The position numbers and the translations under genes were made by a program. A model generated the notes under the pieces. The model was not told the origin of the DNA, made no database searches, and was given only the letters and a program-made list of their open reading frames with translations. From Candidatus Latescibacterota bacterium (lineage in GTDB: Bacteria > Latescibacterota > UBA2968 > UBA8231), in contig OZ252098.1 in assembly GCA_965248355.1 (NCBI GenBank), positions 2,496,001 to 2,560,000 of the forward strand: 64,000 bases of DNA. Direction: 5' to 3'. Below are positions 49,298-58,860 of this stretch, one piece after another (the stretch's first letter is position 1; each line of letters opens with the position of its first letter).

Positions 49298-50723
49298 TGG
49301 CATTGTCCCGATCTTAGTTGAAATAACACAGGCTCCCATCGTTACGTTTGATACGAGAAATCGCCAAGAAGCCTCGTATTCGGTAACCCAAGGAGCCTGC
49401 CATGAGCAAGCTACAAGCACGGAAAAGGGGCGTCAAACGGACCGTGACCATCGGCCCCGTGAACCGCCAAGCCACCGCGTCGATGGACGATCTGGAGACT
49501 CGCATCGAGGTCATCCAGCTGCTGATCCCTTTGGGTCTGCAGGCGGTCTCGGAGGAGCTGCAGCAGTCGGTCGAGGCCTTGGCCGGACCTCGGTATCAGC
49601 GCAAGGGTCCGGATCAGCCGTTGCGCCGCTGGGGGGCGCAGGCCGGGTCGGTGTACCTGGGCGATCAGAAACTGCCGGTCGAGGTGCCGCGCGTGCGCGA
49701 TGTGGTCCGCGGCACCGAGGTCCCGCTGGAGGCCTATCAGGCCCTGCAGACGCCGAGGCAGATGGACCAGGGGCTGTTGTTGCGGGTGCTGAAGGGCCTG
49801 GCCACGCGCAACTACGAGGCCTGCGCCGAGACCGTCCCGCAAGCCTTCGGTCTGTCCCGTTCCTCGGTCTCTCGCCGGTATGTGAAAGGCACGGCGCGCA
49901 AGCTGGCCGAATTCCAGCAGCGATCCCTGGAAGGCTACGACCTGGTGGCGCTGTTTCTGGACGGCAAGAGCTTTGCCGACGAGGAAATCCTCATCGCCCT
50001 GGGCGTCACTGTGGAAGGACACAAGATCCCTCTGGGTTTCGTGCAGGCGGCGACCGAGAACGAGCGCGTCTGTCGTCGCTTCCTGGCGGAGTTGGTCGAG
50101 CGGGGCCTGCAATACGAGGCCGGGCTGCTCGTGGTGATCGATGGAGGCAAGGGCCTGTACAAGGCAGTGCGGTCGGTGCTCCAGGGCCATGCCTGCGTGC
50201 AGCGATGCCAGTATCACAAGCGCCAGAACGTGGTCTCGTACCTGCCCAAGAGCGAGCAGGGCGGCGTTCGTCGAAAGCTGGAAGCGGCGTATGGGCACTC
50301 GACGTACGAGGAGGCCCAAGCCGCCCTGGAGGCGCTGAAACCGGGGTTGCAGTTGATGAACCAGTCGGCCCTGCGCAGCTTGGAGGAAGGCCAGCAAGAA
50401 ACCCTCACGCTCCACCGCCTGGGCCTGATGCCGATGCTGAAGGCCTCCTTCCGTACCACCAACTGTATCGAGAACGTCAACAGTCTCCTGGAGCAGTTGA
50501 CGCACAACGTGCGGCGCTGGACGAACTCGTCGCAGCGTCACCGCTGGGTCGCCACGGCGTTGCTCGACATCGAACCTCGCCTGCGCCGGATCAACGGTTA
50601 CCACCACCTGCCGATGCTCCGACAAGCGCTCCAAGCCGAACTCGGCCTCAAACAGCTCGCGATGACGGGCTGACTCATCCACTCGAGCCTGGGCTACGTT
50701 TCAACTGAAAATGGGACTTGCCC
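49298..50723 (+). mobile_element. IS256-family element
   Basis: IRs GGCATTGTCCCGATCTTAGTTGAAA and GGCAAGTCCCATTTTCAGTTGAAA; 8-bp TSD TCCCGCAG at 49290-49297 and 50724-50731. Confidence 0.92.
49402..50673 (+). CDS. IS256 transposase
   Basis: LFLDGK, VIDGGKGL, QRCQYHKRQN, RTTNCIENVNS. Confidence 0.94.
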   Translation: MSKLQARKRGVKRTVTIGPVNRQATASMDDLETRIEVIQLLIPLGLQAVSEELQQSVEALAGPRYQRKGPDQPLRRWGAQAGSVYLGDQKLPVEVPRVRDVVRGTEVPLEAYQALQTPRQMDQGLLLRVLKGLATRNYEACAETVPQAFGLSRSSVSRRYVKGTARKLAEFQQRSLEGYDLVALFLDGKSFADEEILIALGVTVEGHKIPLGFVQAATENERVCRRFLAELVERGLQYEAGLLVVIDGGKGLYKAVRSVLQGHACVQRCQYHKRQNVVSYLPKSEQGGVRRKLEAAYGHSTYEEAQAALEALKPGLQLMNQSALRSLEEGQQETLTLHRLGLMPMLKASFRTTNCIENVNSLLEQLTHNVRRWTNSSQRHRWVATALLDIEPRLRRINGYHHLPMLRQALQAELGLKQLAMTG

Positions 50724-50872
50724 TCCCGCAGAGTAACCTATGTATCCGTATGGACAGTTGCACAATTCTTGCACCGGCTGTAGCAGACTGAGCTTCCTTC
50801 GGGCTATCTTCCGACCTGGCGGCCGAGCCACTGCTGCCTCGCTCACCAAGAGGTGATTCCGTAGAGGGAACC

Positions 50873-51448
50873 ATGCAGACGGTGAGGACACCCTGTCGAC
50901 CCGGCCCGCCGGCCCTTCGCTCCCAGGCCCTGGCCGCCGCGGCGGCGATCGCCGCCCTTCTCGCAATACCGGCCTGCGACCGCGGCCTCGAGGCCGAGCC
51001 GCCCCTCACCGGCATCTCCGGCACCGTGACCTTCCTCGGGGAGTGGTCTGAGGAGATCGGCCAGGTGGCGGTCGCCGTGTACCGCGACCTGCCCGAGGAG
51101 CCCACCGACCTCTTCGGTCTCAGCGGCTCCGATCTGGACGTCCCCCTCGGCAGCCGCAGCTACGACTATTTCGTGCCCATCGAGCGGGAAGGCGTGTACC
51201 GCTGGATCATCGTCGCCTGGCGCCGGCCGGACGCCTTCTGGGACTTCACCTCTCTCCTCGGTTGCTATCACGTCGAGGGGGACTCGCTTCCCGGGGCGGT
51301 CGAGGTCTCTCCCGGCCGCGTCACCAGCGGCATCGATCTGACCATCGACCTCGGGGTAGTCGCCGACCCCCCCGAGGTAGGTTCCACTCTCTGTACCGCG
51401 GTGCTGCCCGAAGCCCTGATCGAGGCGGCCCGGGGAGAATCCCCGTGA
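50873..51448 (+). CDS. putative lipoprotein upstream of a TonB receptor
   Basis: Hydrophobic stretch and IPAC-DRGLE lipobox-like motif; GISGTVTFLGEW. Confidence 0.7.
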   Translation: MQTVRTPCRPGPPALRSQALAAAAAIAALLAIPACDRGLEAEPPLTGISGTVTFLGEWSEEIGQVAVAVYRDLPEEPTDLFGLSGSDLDVPLGSRSYDYFVPIEREGVYRWIIVAWRRPDAFWDFTSLLGCYHVEGDSLPGAVEVSPGRVTSGIDLTIDLGVVADPPEVGSTLCTAVLPEALIEAARGESP

Positions 51449-53727
51449 TGGCGGCAGTCCGTCTCTTCCTCCTGGTGCTGCTCACAGGCAGCCTGCTCTC
51501 CTCCGCATACGCGGCCACTGGGAGCGGCGCCGAGATCAGCGGCCGAATCGCGGCGGCCGGCGACAGCACCGCCCTCGCCGGGGCGATTGTCTACCTGAAG
51601 AAGACCGGGCAGGGCGCCCTTGCCGGGGAGGGAGGCCGCTTCCGATTCGCGGTCGAGGCGGGTCCGGACCTGCTCGTCGTCTCCTTTGTCGGCTACCGCA
51701 CCCGCACGGTTTCCGTCGAGGTCGGGGAGGGGGAGTCCCTCGATCTCGGGGTACTCCTCCTCGAGGAGTCCGCGGTGGAGCTGCCCGGGGTCGTGGTCAC
51801 GGCGAGCCGCAGGCCGCAGCTCTTCTCCGAGGCGCCGGTCAGCATGTCGGTGACCGACCGGCGCGAGCTGACCGGTTTCAACTCCTTCAGCCTGTCGGGG
51901 CCCCTGCGCCATCTGCCCGGCGTCAGCCAGGTGGGCAGCCAGGTCAGCATCCGCGGTTCGAGCGGGTACAGCCGCGGCACCGGCAGCCGCGTGCTCCTGC
52001 TCTTCGACGGGGTCCCCGCGCTGTCGGCCGACCAGGGGGACATCAAGTGGGACATCATCCCGGTCACCGAAGTGGAGCGGGTCGAGCTGATCAAGGGGGC
52101 CGGCTCGGCCCTCTACGGGACCGGTGCCCTCGGCGGCGTCATCAACGTGCTCACCCGCTCGCCGTCGGAGCTTCCCGAGACCCGCTTCCGCCTCGTGAGC
52201 GGCCTCTACGACCAGCCGGCGCACCCGTCCTGGAAATGGCGGGACCTCATGTACCTCGGCGGCGTCGACCTCAGCCATTCCCGCACGACCGCCGCGGGCG
52301 GCTACCTCGTCTCCGCGGGCCACAAGCGCCGGACGGGGTACCGCGAGAACAACGAGTCGACCCGCTACAACCTGTTCGCCAAGGGGACCCGCCAGCTCGG
52401 CCGGCGCACCCGCTGGACCGGTCTGGCCAGCTGGGCCCACGACGATCACGGGGTCTTCCTGCAGTGGAAGGACCGCGCCACGCCGCTGTTGGTGCCGGAG
52501 GGCGACCGCGGAGCGGCCACGGTCTCGTGGAAGCTCAACCTCAACACCGAGGTGACCCACCTCGTGAATCCGGGGACAAACATGCGGTGGCGGGGGTTCT
52601 ACTTCCGCACGGACTTCGACAACACCCGGGCCGCCGGAGACCTGGCGTCGGCGGGACACAAGATCGGCACCGAGGTGCAGCTCGACCTCGGGGAACGGCT
52701 CGGCACCCGCGGGGTCATCGTCGGCGCCACCGGCATCTACGACCTGGCGCGGTCACCGGGGGACTTCCTCGGCGAGCGCACCGTGCTCAACACGGCGCTG
52801 TACGCCCAGAACGTCCTGGCCTTCCGGGAGGTGGAGGTCGCCCTCGGCCTGCGCGCCGACCTTCACCGCCGCGGCGCCGGAGAGGCCCCGCCAGCCGGCG
52901 GGCCGTGCGGATCCGCGGGAGACCACGGAATCGCGGCGCACACGGAGGCCCAGTTCAGCCCCCAGGCAGGGCTGTCATGGAAAGCGGCTCCGGGCGCCAT
53001 CCGGCTCTCGGCCGGCCGCGGCTTCAGGGCTCCCTCGGTCACCGAGATCCACGTCCAGGCCGACGCCTCGGGGATCCTCGTCTGTCCGAACCCCGGCCTC
53101 GCCTCGGAGAGCAGCTGGTCGTACGAGGCGGGGATCCGGCGGGTCCTCGGAGGGACGCTCGCCATCGATGCCGCCCTGTTCTGGAACGAGTTCGACAGCC
53201 TCATCGAAGCCCGGCCCGAACCGACCTCCTCGGTGGTCCCGAGGGCCAGCTTCCGCAACATCTCCAGGGCCCGCATTCGCGGCCTGGAGCTGGAGCAGCA
53301 GCTGGCCCTTCCCCTCGGGGCGCTCTGGAAGGCCTCCTACACCTACGTCGACGCGGAGGAGTTCCTCGCCGAAGGGGTGCCGCTGCCGCCCTTCTGCCAC
53401 GACGACCTGCATCCCGGGGAGACCGCTCCCCTCCCGTACCGCTCCCGCCACGCCGTCACTACCAGCCTGGGAATGGCGAGGGGAACGAGCCGCGGCGGGC
53501 TGACCTTCCGCTACACGAGCCGCTTCGAGAGGGTGTCAGGACTGTTCGCCGAGTGCGGGCGCGACCACTTGCCGGTTTACCTGGTGGACGCCTTCGTCGA
53601 GCGCCGGCTTGGCCCGGCGACGCTCACCCTCCGCGTCGACAACCTGTTGCGCTACCACTACATCCTGTCCGAGCGCGAGATACGCCCCATGCGCCGGGTC
53701 ACGCTGGCGCTGTCCGGGACGCTGTAG
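51448..53727 (+). CDS. TonB-dependent receptor
   Basis: Signal peptide, CarboxypepD-like domain, VVVTASR, SIRGSSG, ERVELIKGAGSALYG. Confidence 0.92.
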   Translation: MAAVRLFLLVLLTGSLLSSAYAATGSGAEISGRIAAAGDSTALAGAIVYLKKTGQGALAGEGGRFRFAVEAGPDLLVVSFVGYRTRTVSVEVGEGESLDLGVLLLEESAVELPGVVVTASRRPQLFSEAPVSMSVTDRRELTGFNSFSLSGPLRHLPGVSQVGSQVSIRGSSGYSRGTGSRVLLLFDGVPALSADQGDIKWDIIPVTEVERVELIKGAGSALYGTGALGGVINVLTRSPSELPETRFRLVSGLYDQPAHPSWKWRDLMYLGGVDLSHSRTTAAGGYLVSAGHKRRTGYRENNESTRYNLFAKGTRQLGRRTRWTGLASWAHDDHGVFLQWKDRATPLLVPEGDRGAATVSWKLNLNTEVTHLVNPGTNMRWRGFYFRTDFDNTRAAGDLASAGHKIGTEVQLDLGERLGTRGVIVGATGIYDLARSPGDFLGERTVLNTALYAQNVLAFREVEVALGLRADLHRRGAGEAPPAGGPCGSAGDHGIAAHTEAQFSPQAGLSWKAAPGAIRLSAGRGFRAPSVTEIHVQADASGILVCPNPGLASESSWSYEAGIRRVLGGTLAIDAALFWNEFDSLIEARPEPTSSVVPRASFRNISRARIRGLELEQQLALPLGALWKASYTYVDAEEFLAEGVPLPPFCHDDLHPGETAPLPYRSRHAVTTSLGMARGTSRGGLTFRYTSRFERVSGLFAECGRDHLPVYLVDAFVERRLGPATLTLRVDNLLRYHYILSEREIRPMRRVTLALSGTL

Positions 53728-53766
53728 GCCCGTCCCTGCTCGTGTGTCGGGACGACCCATGAGTGC

Positions 53767-54264
53767 TCACACGTAGTACAGATAGAGCATCATGCCCAAG
53801 GCTGCCTTCGACAACAACAGGATCAACATCACAATGCCCCAGGTATTGCTGCATTCACGCACCCTCAGGAGGCTGTTCAGAAACTTGCCTTCCATTGCAG
53901 CACCGGCCTTCGAAAGCAAGAACGCAATGTCCGACAGAATGAGAGTGCCCAGAACCAATCTGGCCGAGTTTGAAAAAAAGGTGCCGCAATATGCCAGAAT
54001 GACTTGGAGTTCTCCCAGAGTCAATCCAAAGGGGTCCCCCTCTCCCTGCCTATACTGAATGACTTCTTGAATACTACTGACTACTTGCGCCATCAGCACC
54101 GGCCACGCCAAGGCCAATCCCACAGTTGAAATAATGTAGACGCCCAGCCAGGGCAGACTTTCGAGCTTGCAGCCTCGGCTTGTCTTGATACCGAAGATCA
54201 GAAGCAGGACCCACAGGGCAACGGTGGGAGCTACTCCTACAAGAACACCAAGAGACACTACCAT
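53767..54264 (-). CDS. hypothetical membrane protein (lower GC)
   Basis: GGAGG RBS; about 4 hydrophobic segments. Confidence 0.6.
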   Translation of the reverse strand: MVVSLGVLVGVAPTVALWVLLLIFGIKTSRGCKLESLPWLGVYIISTVGLALAWPVLMAQVVSSIQEVIQYRQGEGDPFGLTLGELQVILAYCGTFFSNSARLVLGTLILSDIAFLLSKAGAAMEGKFLNSLLRVRECSNTWGIVMLILLLSKAALGMMLYLYYV

Positions 54265-54265
54265 C

Positions 54266-54643
54266 CTACTTCCTCCCTTCCGACTCGGAGCGGGACTTCG
54301 GCCCCGGGTCCATCAACCCCACAATCGAGAAGTGATGACTCGCGATATTGAATCCCTCGCGAAGATAGAACCGATGCGCCGGAAACCTCTGAACGCCTGA
54401 GTCCAAATGAACCTGCGCGCACCCATTCTGTCGAGCATGGCACTTGAGCCAATCCATCATGACTCTGCCCAGGCCCGAGGAACGCCGCTGTGAATCCGTG
54501 ACCAGATCCTCGATGTACATGTGCTTTCCCCAGGCCAATCCGATCTTGATTTGGAATCCCGCGGCACAGATCGCCTGACCATCCTCCTCCACATAAGCGA
54601 CCCTGTAACCTCTCTCCTGCTGGGCCTTGATCTGAGAGACCAA
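54266..54643 (-). pseudogene. GNAT acetyltransferase, N-terminus damaged
   Basis: MYIEDLVTD...GLG...HLDSGVQRFPAHRFY; the upstream ATG at 54663 is out of frame. Confidence 0.7.
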
Positions 54644-54688
54644 GTGGCTTCTATCTCCGTCATGTCAGATCTCACACCGCATCTCGCC

Positions 54689-55003
54689 TCAGTCCCCGAT
54701 CGGACATCCTTCGGACGTGGACCTGCCGTGGTCCTGCAAGGCCTGGACACAGAGCTTCTGGCACTCGCTGCAAATCGTGGCGTCAGCTCCCTGCCTTGAG
54801 AGAATGCGGGGCACCTGATCTTGACCTCGTTGGCAGAATTGGCATCGGTCTCCTGCTTTGGTTTGCCACTCAGAGGCAGGCATCCCTTCAAGCACGCCAC
54901 CACACGTGGCCACGCAGTCACTGCATATGTGCGCGGATAGGCCTGTCACAACCTGGACAGAATCGCTGACTGACTGACCGCAGAAGGAACATCGATTCGG
55001 CAT
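54689..55003 (-). CDS. stand-alone protein with two ClpX C4-type zinc-binding domains
   Basis: CSFCGQ...HICSDCVATC and CQFCQR...TICSECQKLC. Confidence 0.8.
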   Translation of the reverse strand: MPNRCSFCGQSVSDSVQVVTGLSAHICSDCVATCGGVLEGMPASEWQTKAGDRCQFCQRGQDQVPRILSRQGADATICSECQKLCVQALQDHGRSTSEGCPIGD

Positions 55004-55041
55004 GTTTGGCCTCCGTGGCGGTTCCATCAAGCTCCCGCCGG

Positions 55042-55580
55042 CTATAGTCCATAGAAGTCGTAGAAAACCTCGACTTCACTGCGGGGACATGCCTGCAGTG
55101 GGAAGCAAGCCCGGACCTGCTCAGCATGGCTCAGCTCCCCTGCAGCCCAAAGCAGGGTCTTGGCGGGCTCCTCACGCACGCGCCATGAGTGATCGAAGAA
55201 CTGCCCCCAGATCATCAGATACTGAAGATCCGGATCCTCATTCAGGACCATGCCCGCCGTATACTCCTCCGGAAACAGGCGCCGATACGCCTCCAGATTG
55301 TACAGCCATGAATTGCCCTCAACTGTTGTCACTTGGAACTCGTGTTTCTTGATGTACCTGAACATGGCGCCCAGGTCTGCTCTCCTATCGGGCACGCTGC
55401 AGGTCCTCAACGGGCTGATCCCCTGACCCTGCACTTGATGAATCCTGGACGAACAGTACATCGATCCCTGATGTTGTAGTAGAAACATCCATACAGAGGC
55501 CGATCGGCGAAGTGCCTTGCCTGGAGGTCAGGGAATTCCGGTTGATGCTCGAGGAAGAAGGCGCGCCGGTAGGCCACACG
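55042..55580 (-). pseudogene. frameshifted hypothetical gene
   Basis: Upstream frame ...PLYGCFYYNIRDRCTVRP appears to shift near 55425 into ISPL...RRADL...GNSWLYNLEAYRRLFP. Confidence 0.5.
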
Positions 55581-55661
55581 GCCTCTACGCCAATTCCTCC
55601 GTGGCCCTCGCCAAACCCTCCATCCTTCGGGAAAACGCTCAGGCCGGCCTCCGTGGCCAGT

Positions 55662-56732
55662 CTAACCGTAGACCGCCTGAATCATGGCATTGATGTAGCC
55701 GAAGCAGTAGGCATAGGACTGATAGTGGCCCTTCGGATCCTCGTCGGTGCGGGGGACGTGGTCAGGATCAATGCCGTAACAGTAGCCCGTGTCCTTGAGG
55801 GCCTTCAGTACCAGGTGAAAATCCATGTCTCCTTCATCGGGCAGAGCCTCGCGGAAGCTGTAACGCCCTCCCAGCAGGTTGCGGTAGTGAACCAGGAAAA
55901 TCGTGTTCCGGCTGCCGAAGTACTCTATGATGGGGTAGATCTCAGTGGCCGGATCTTCGAGCCCTTCAGCGACGGAGCCGACGCAGAAGTTCCAGCCGTG
56001 ATACGGACTGCGCTCAATCTCGATGAAACGCTTCATGCCCTCAAACTCATTGAGCACTTTGTCAACGCCCCTGTATCCGAGGGGTGCGGCCGGGTCTTCC
56101 TGCGAATTGCCCATTCGAACCTTGAACTCTTCTGCCACAGGAATCATGCGTTCGAGCAGATACTCGATTCGCTCCCAGTGCATCTCCGCGGTGACGCGGC
56201 CGGCTTCGGTCAGCTTGGCCTGATTTTCCGCCGGGATCTTGTCCAAGCGGAACGCCGTGTGGTAGTAGCCGCCGCGACCTTCTTCTTGTTCGGTTCGGTC
56301 GATGGGCAGGACGCAAGTGTTATAGCGCAGAGAGTTTATACCGGCGCGCGAAGCCGTTCGGATCATCTCGCATACGAGGTCGATGTCCCGGTCACGCTCC
56401 GGGCTCTTCCCATAGTAGATGATGCTGGGAAACCTCTCGTATATGGGTAGCGCGCTCATATCCAGTGTCACCCCGAAGGCCTCGTGGTGCTCTCTTACCT
56501 GGACCAACTCGTCGAGATCCCAGCCACGGTCGGGGTGGAAGGGGAAGACGGCGGCCTTGTGGCGCACGCCACAGCGCTGTAGAAAGCGCAGCTCGGCATC
56601 GGTTGACCCGAAACCCTGTGTGCGCACATACATCCGGCCGCCGTTCGCCGATGCTTGTGATACGCCTCCGGCGGCAGAAGCCGCTGCCTCGCCGGCTGCG
56701 AGGCCCTTCTCGAATGGATCGGACTTCTTCAT
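55662..56732 (-). CDS. uxuA: mannonate dehydratase family
   Basis: WERIEYLLERMIPVAEE, NFCVGS, VHYRN, DEGDMD, PDHVP, FGYINA. Confidence 0.8.
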   Translation of the reverse strand: MKKSDPFEKGLAAGEAAASAAGGVSQASANGGRMYVRTQGFGSTDAELRFLQRCGVRHKAAVFPFHPDRGWDLDELVQVREHHEAFGVTLDMSALPIYERFPSIIYYGKSPERDRDIDLVCEMIRTASRAGINSLRYNTCVLPIDRTEQEEGRGGYYHTAFRLDKIPAENQAKLTEAGRVTAEMHWERIEYLLERMIPVAEEFKVRMGNSQEDPAAPLGYRGVDKVLNEFEGMKRFIEIERSPYHGWNFCVGSVAEGLEDPATEIYPIIEYFGSRNTIFLVHYRNLLGGRYSFREALPDEGDMDFHLVLKALKDTGYCYGIDPDHVPRTDEDPKGHYQSYAYCFGYINAMIQAVYG

Positions 56733-57143
56733 GTGATTCCTTTCGTTGGTATGGCGCGTGGATTGTCGCAGGACATACTACGCACACACTGTCGCTTTGG
56801 TGAGGGCAGCGAGGTGTGGCCTTTCCGACCGAAGGTATGTCTTGGTCTATACAGCCGCAAGGAGGGTTCTGCGTGAGGCTCGGCGGCCTAACACTTTGTA
56901 ATTGCTGCAGTTGGCTCTTCTTATTGAGAGTCGGAACTCTCGGCCCGACGAGGTTTCACTCCACTCAGGGAATGCGCGCATATCGGAGGTCGGATGCTGG
57001 GGGGGTACTCCGAGAGGACGTGGAAGTCGTACATCTCGACGCCTCGCTGGACCCCAACGATCGATCCGGTTAGGTTGGGCCTGCCGCCGACGGCGCCTGG
57101 CCCGGACCATGGCGCCCCAGATCAAAGGAGGAACGCCACAGCC

Positions 57144-57959
57144 ATGAGCACTTCGCCGGCCACAGACGAATCCCTTGCTCACCAGCCCCCCGACGACGGC
57201 GTCATCGACGACTGGGTCCAGCGGTTTCACCGGGACGGCTGCCTCTTTCTGCGCAACGTGCTGCCGCCCGACTGGTGCGCGGAGTTGCGCCGCGATCTCG
57301 AGAGCGCTCTCAGCAGCCCCGAGGCGTCCGCCGAGAAGCGGCGCCCGAGAAAGCAACTCAACCCCCGCATGTTCGAGACGAGCGCGGCCAACCTGCGGCT
57401 CTTCGACCTGGAGCCGATCGTCACCTTCGCCGAGCGCCTCGTGGCGGCGGACTGCCACGTGATCCACAACAACAGCTTCCGCACGCCCCCCGGCGGGGGC
57501 ATCAGCGGGTGGCACCAGGACGACGCCCCCCACTTCGAGGTCACCCACGGGGAGCCCCCCGACAACGTCCATCTGCCGGTGTTGCTGTTCACCTGCAACT
57601 ACTACCTCACCGACGTCGACACCGTGGAGCTCGGCCCCACGCAGACAGTGCCGCGCACACACCTGATCGGCGCCCGTCCGCCGAACCCGATCGAGGGCAG
57701 CGGCTACGAGGACCAGGTGGTCTCCAACGTCGGTCCCGCGGGGAGCGTGATCATGTTCAACAACCAGGTGTGGCACCGGGGCGCGCCGAACACCAGCGAC
57801 CGCACGCGCTACATCACCCAGATCAGCTATGCCCGGCGCCTGATCGGGCACAAGTACCATCCCTTCATGAACTACCAGATGCCGGAGCACGTGTATTCGG
57901 GGGCCGACGACCGGCTGCGGCGTCTGCTCGGCTTCCTGCCGAGCGGTGCCTACGGGTAG
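57144..57959 (+). CDS. phytanoyl-CoA dioxygenase family (2OG-Fe(II))
   Basis: WHQD, YLTDV, GPT...P.TH, WHRGAPN...R. Confidence 0.9.
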   Translation: MSTSPATDESLAHQPPDDGVIDDWVQRFHRDGCLFLRNVLPPDWCAELRRDLESALSSPEASAEKRRPRKQLNPRMFETSAANLRLFDLEPIVTFAERLVAADCHVIHNNSFRTPPGGGISGWHQDDAPHFEVTHGEPPDNVHLPVLLFTCNYYLTDVDTVELGPTQTVPRTHLIGARPPNPIEGSGYEDQVVSNVGPAGSVIMFNNQVWHRGAPNTSDRTRYITQISYARRLIGHKYHPFMNYQMPEHVYSGADDRLRRLLGFLPSGAYG

Positions 57960-57999
57960 GCCTCCAGACTTGAACCTGCGGCCCTGATGCGTCCTGCGC

Positions 58000-58362
58000 T
58001 CATGCCTCCGGGCCCGGCGCCTGCTCTTGCTTGAACAGGCGCCCGCGTCTCGCCAGGATCCCGGCGATGATTGCGGCCCCGACATAAAGACAGACCGCTG
58101 CAGCCACCAGCCAGACTCGGGTCGGGTCCGGGTCCGCAAGAGCCCGGGCTACCGCCTGGCCCAGAAGCACCAGCATGAAGGTTCCCGAGAGAAGGATCAC
58201 GCAGAGGCGCGGCCACCGGGACCCGAGCACTACGGAAAGGCCTATTGTCCCCGAGAGCAGAACGAGGATGCCCGTTGGGCTCAGCCCCGAGGCAAAACCC
58301 CACAAACCGATTCCCGCATTGAGCGCTACGAGCGGTATGAGGAGTGGGAGCTTGCGCGACAT
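58000..58362 (-). CDS. hypothetical membrane protein
   Basis: About 4 hydrophobic helices; GGGAG upstream. Confidence 0.55.
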   Translation of the reverse strand: MSRKLPLLIPLVALNAGIGLWGFASGLSPTGILVLLSGTIGLSVVLGSRWPRLCVILLSGTFMLVLLGQAVARALADPDPTRVWLVAAAVCLYVGAAIIAGILARRGRLFKQEQAPGPEA

Positions 58363-58451
58363 GAGGATTCTCCCTGGGCCCTGAGTGCGGCCCATCAGCT
58401 GGAAAGAGACACCGCGAGAGGGCCTCGGCGCAAGGCGGCCTGACCGGCAGG

Positions 58452-58850
58452 CTACTGCATGGGAGAGCAGGCCCCCGGAGTCAGGATGATCGTGCGTTCC
58501 TCGGCGACGATGGCGCCGTGGCGCTCCTCGCTCTCGGCGCGCAGGGCATGCCACTCGGGGTCGGCCACGAACCGCCGCCAGACGGCGTCGCGCTCCTCGA
58601 GGCTGTCGAAGGAGACGATGTAGGCCACCTCGTCCCGCCCGAACCGGGTGCCCACCGCCGGCAGCACGATACCGCCGGCCGAGTGCTCGGCCACCGCCTC
58701 GGCCGGCACCTCGCCGATCTCGAAGAAGCCGTGGAGCTTCACGCCGTGCTTCGCGAAGAAGCGGACGCTGCCTTCCTCGAAGCGCTTCCTGAAGGCTTCG
58801 AGCTTGCCGGGGTGCAGCCTGTAGGTGCGGAACTCGTAGACTCGTCCCAT
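58452..58850 (-). CDS. NIPSNAP family protein
   Basis: YEFRTYRLHPGK...FDSLEERDAVW..F..DPEW...SPMQ. Confidence 0.9.
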   Translation of the reverse strand: MGRVYEFRTYRLHPGKLEAFRKRFEEGSVRFFAKHGVKLHGFFEIGEVPAEAVAEHSAGGIVLPAVGTRFGRDEVAYIVSFDSLEERDAVWRRFVADPEWHALRAESEERHGAIVAEERTIILTPGACSPMQ

Positions 58851-58860
58851 GCTCTCCTGC

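Noticed and set aside
50732..50872. Cobalamin riboswitch upstream of the lipoprotein/TonB pair
   Set aside because: Only an isolated GCCACTG; the other conserved boxes are absent
56886..57075. attC site (GCCTAAC...GTTAGGT)
   Set aside because: About 190 bp apart, no internal palindrome, no integrase
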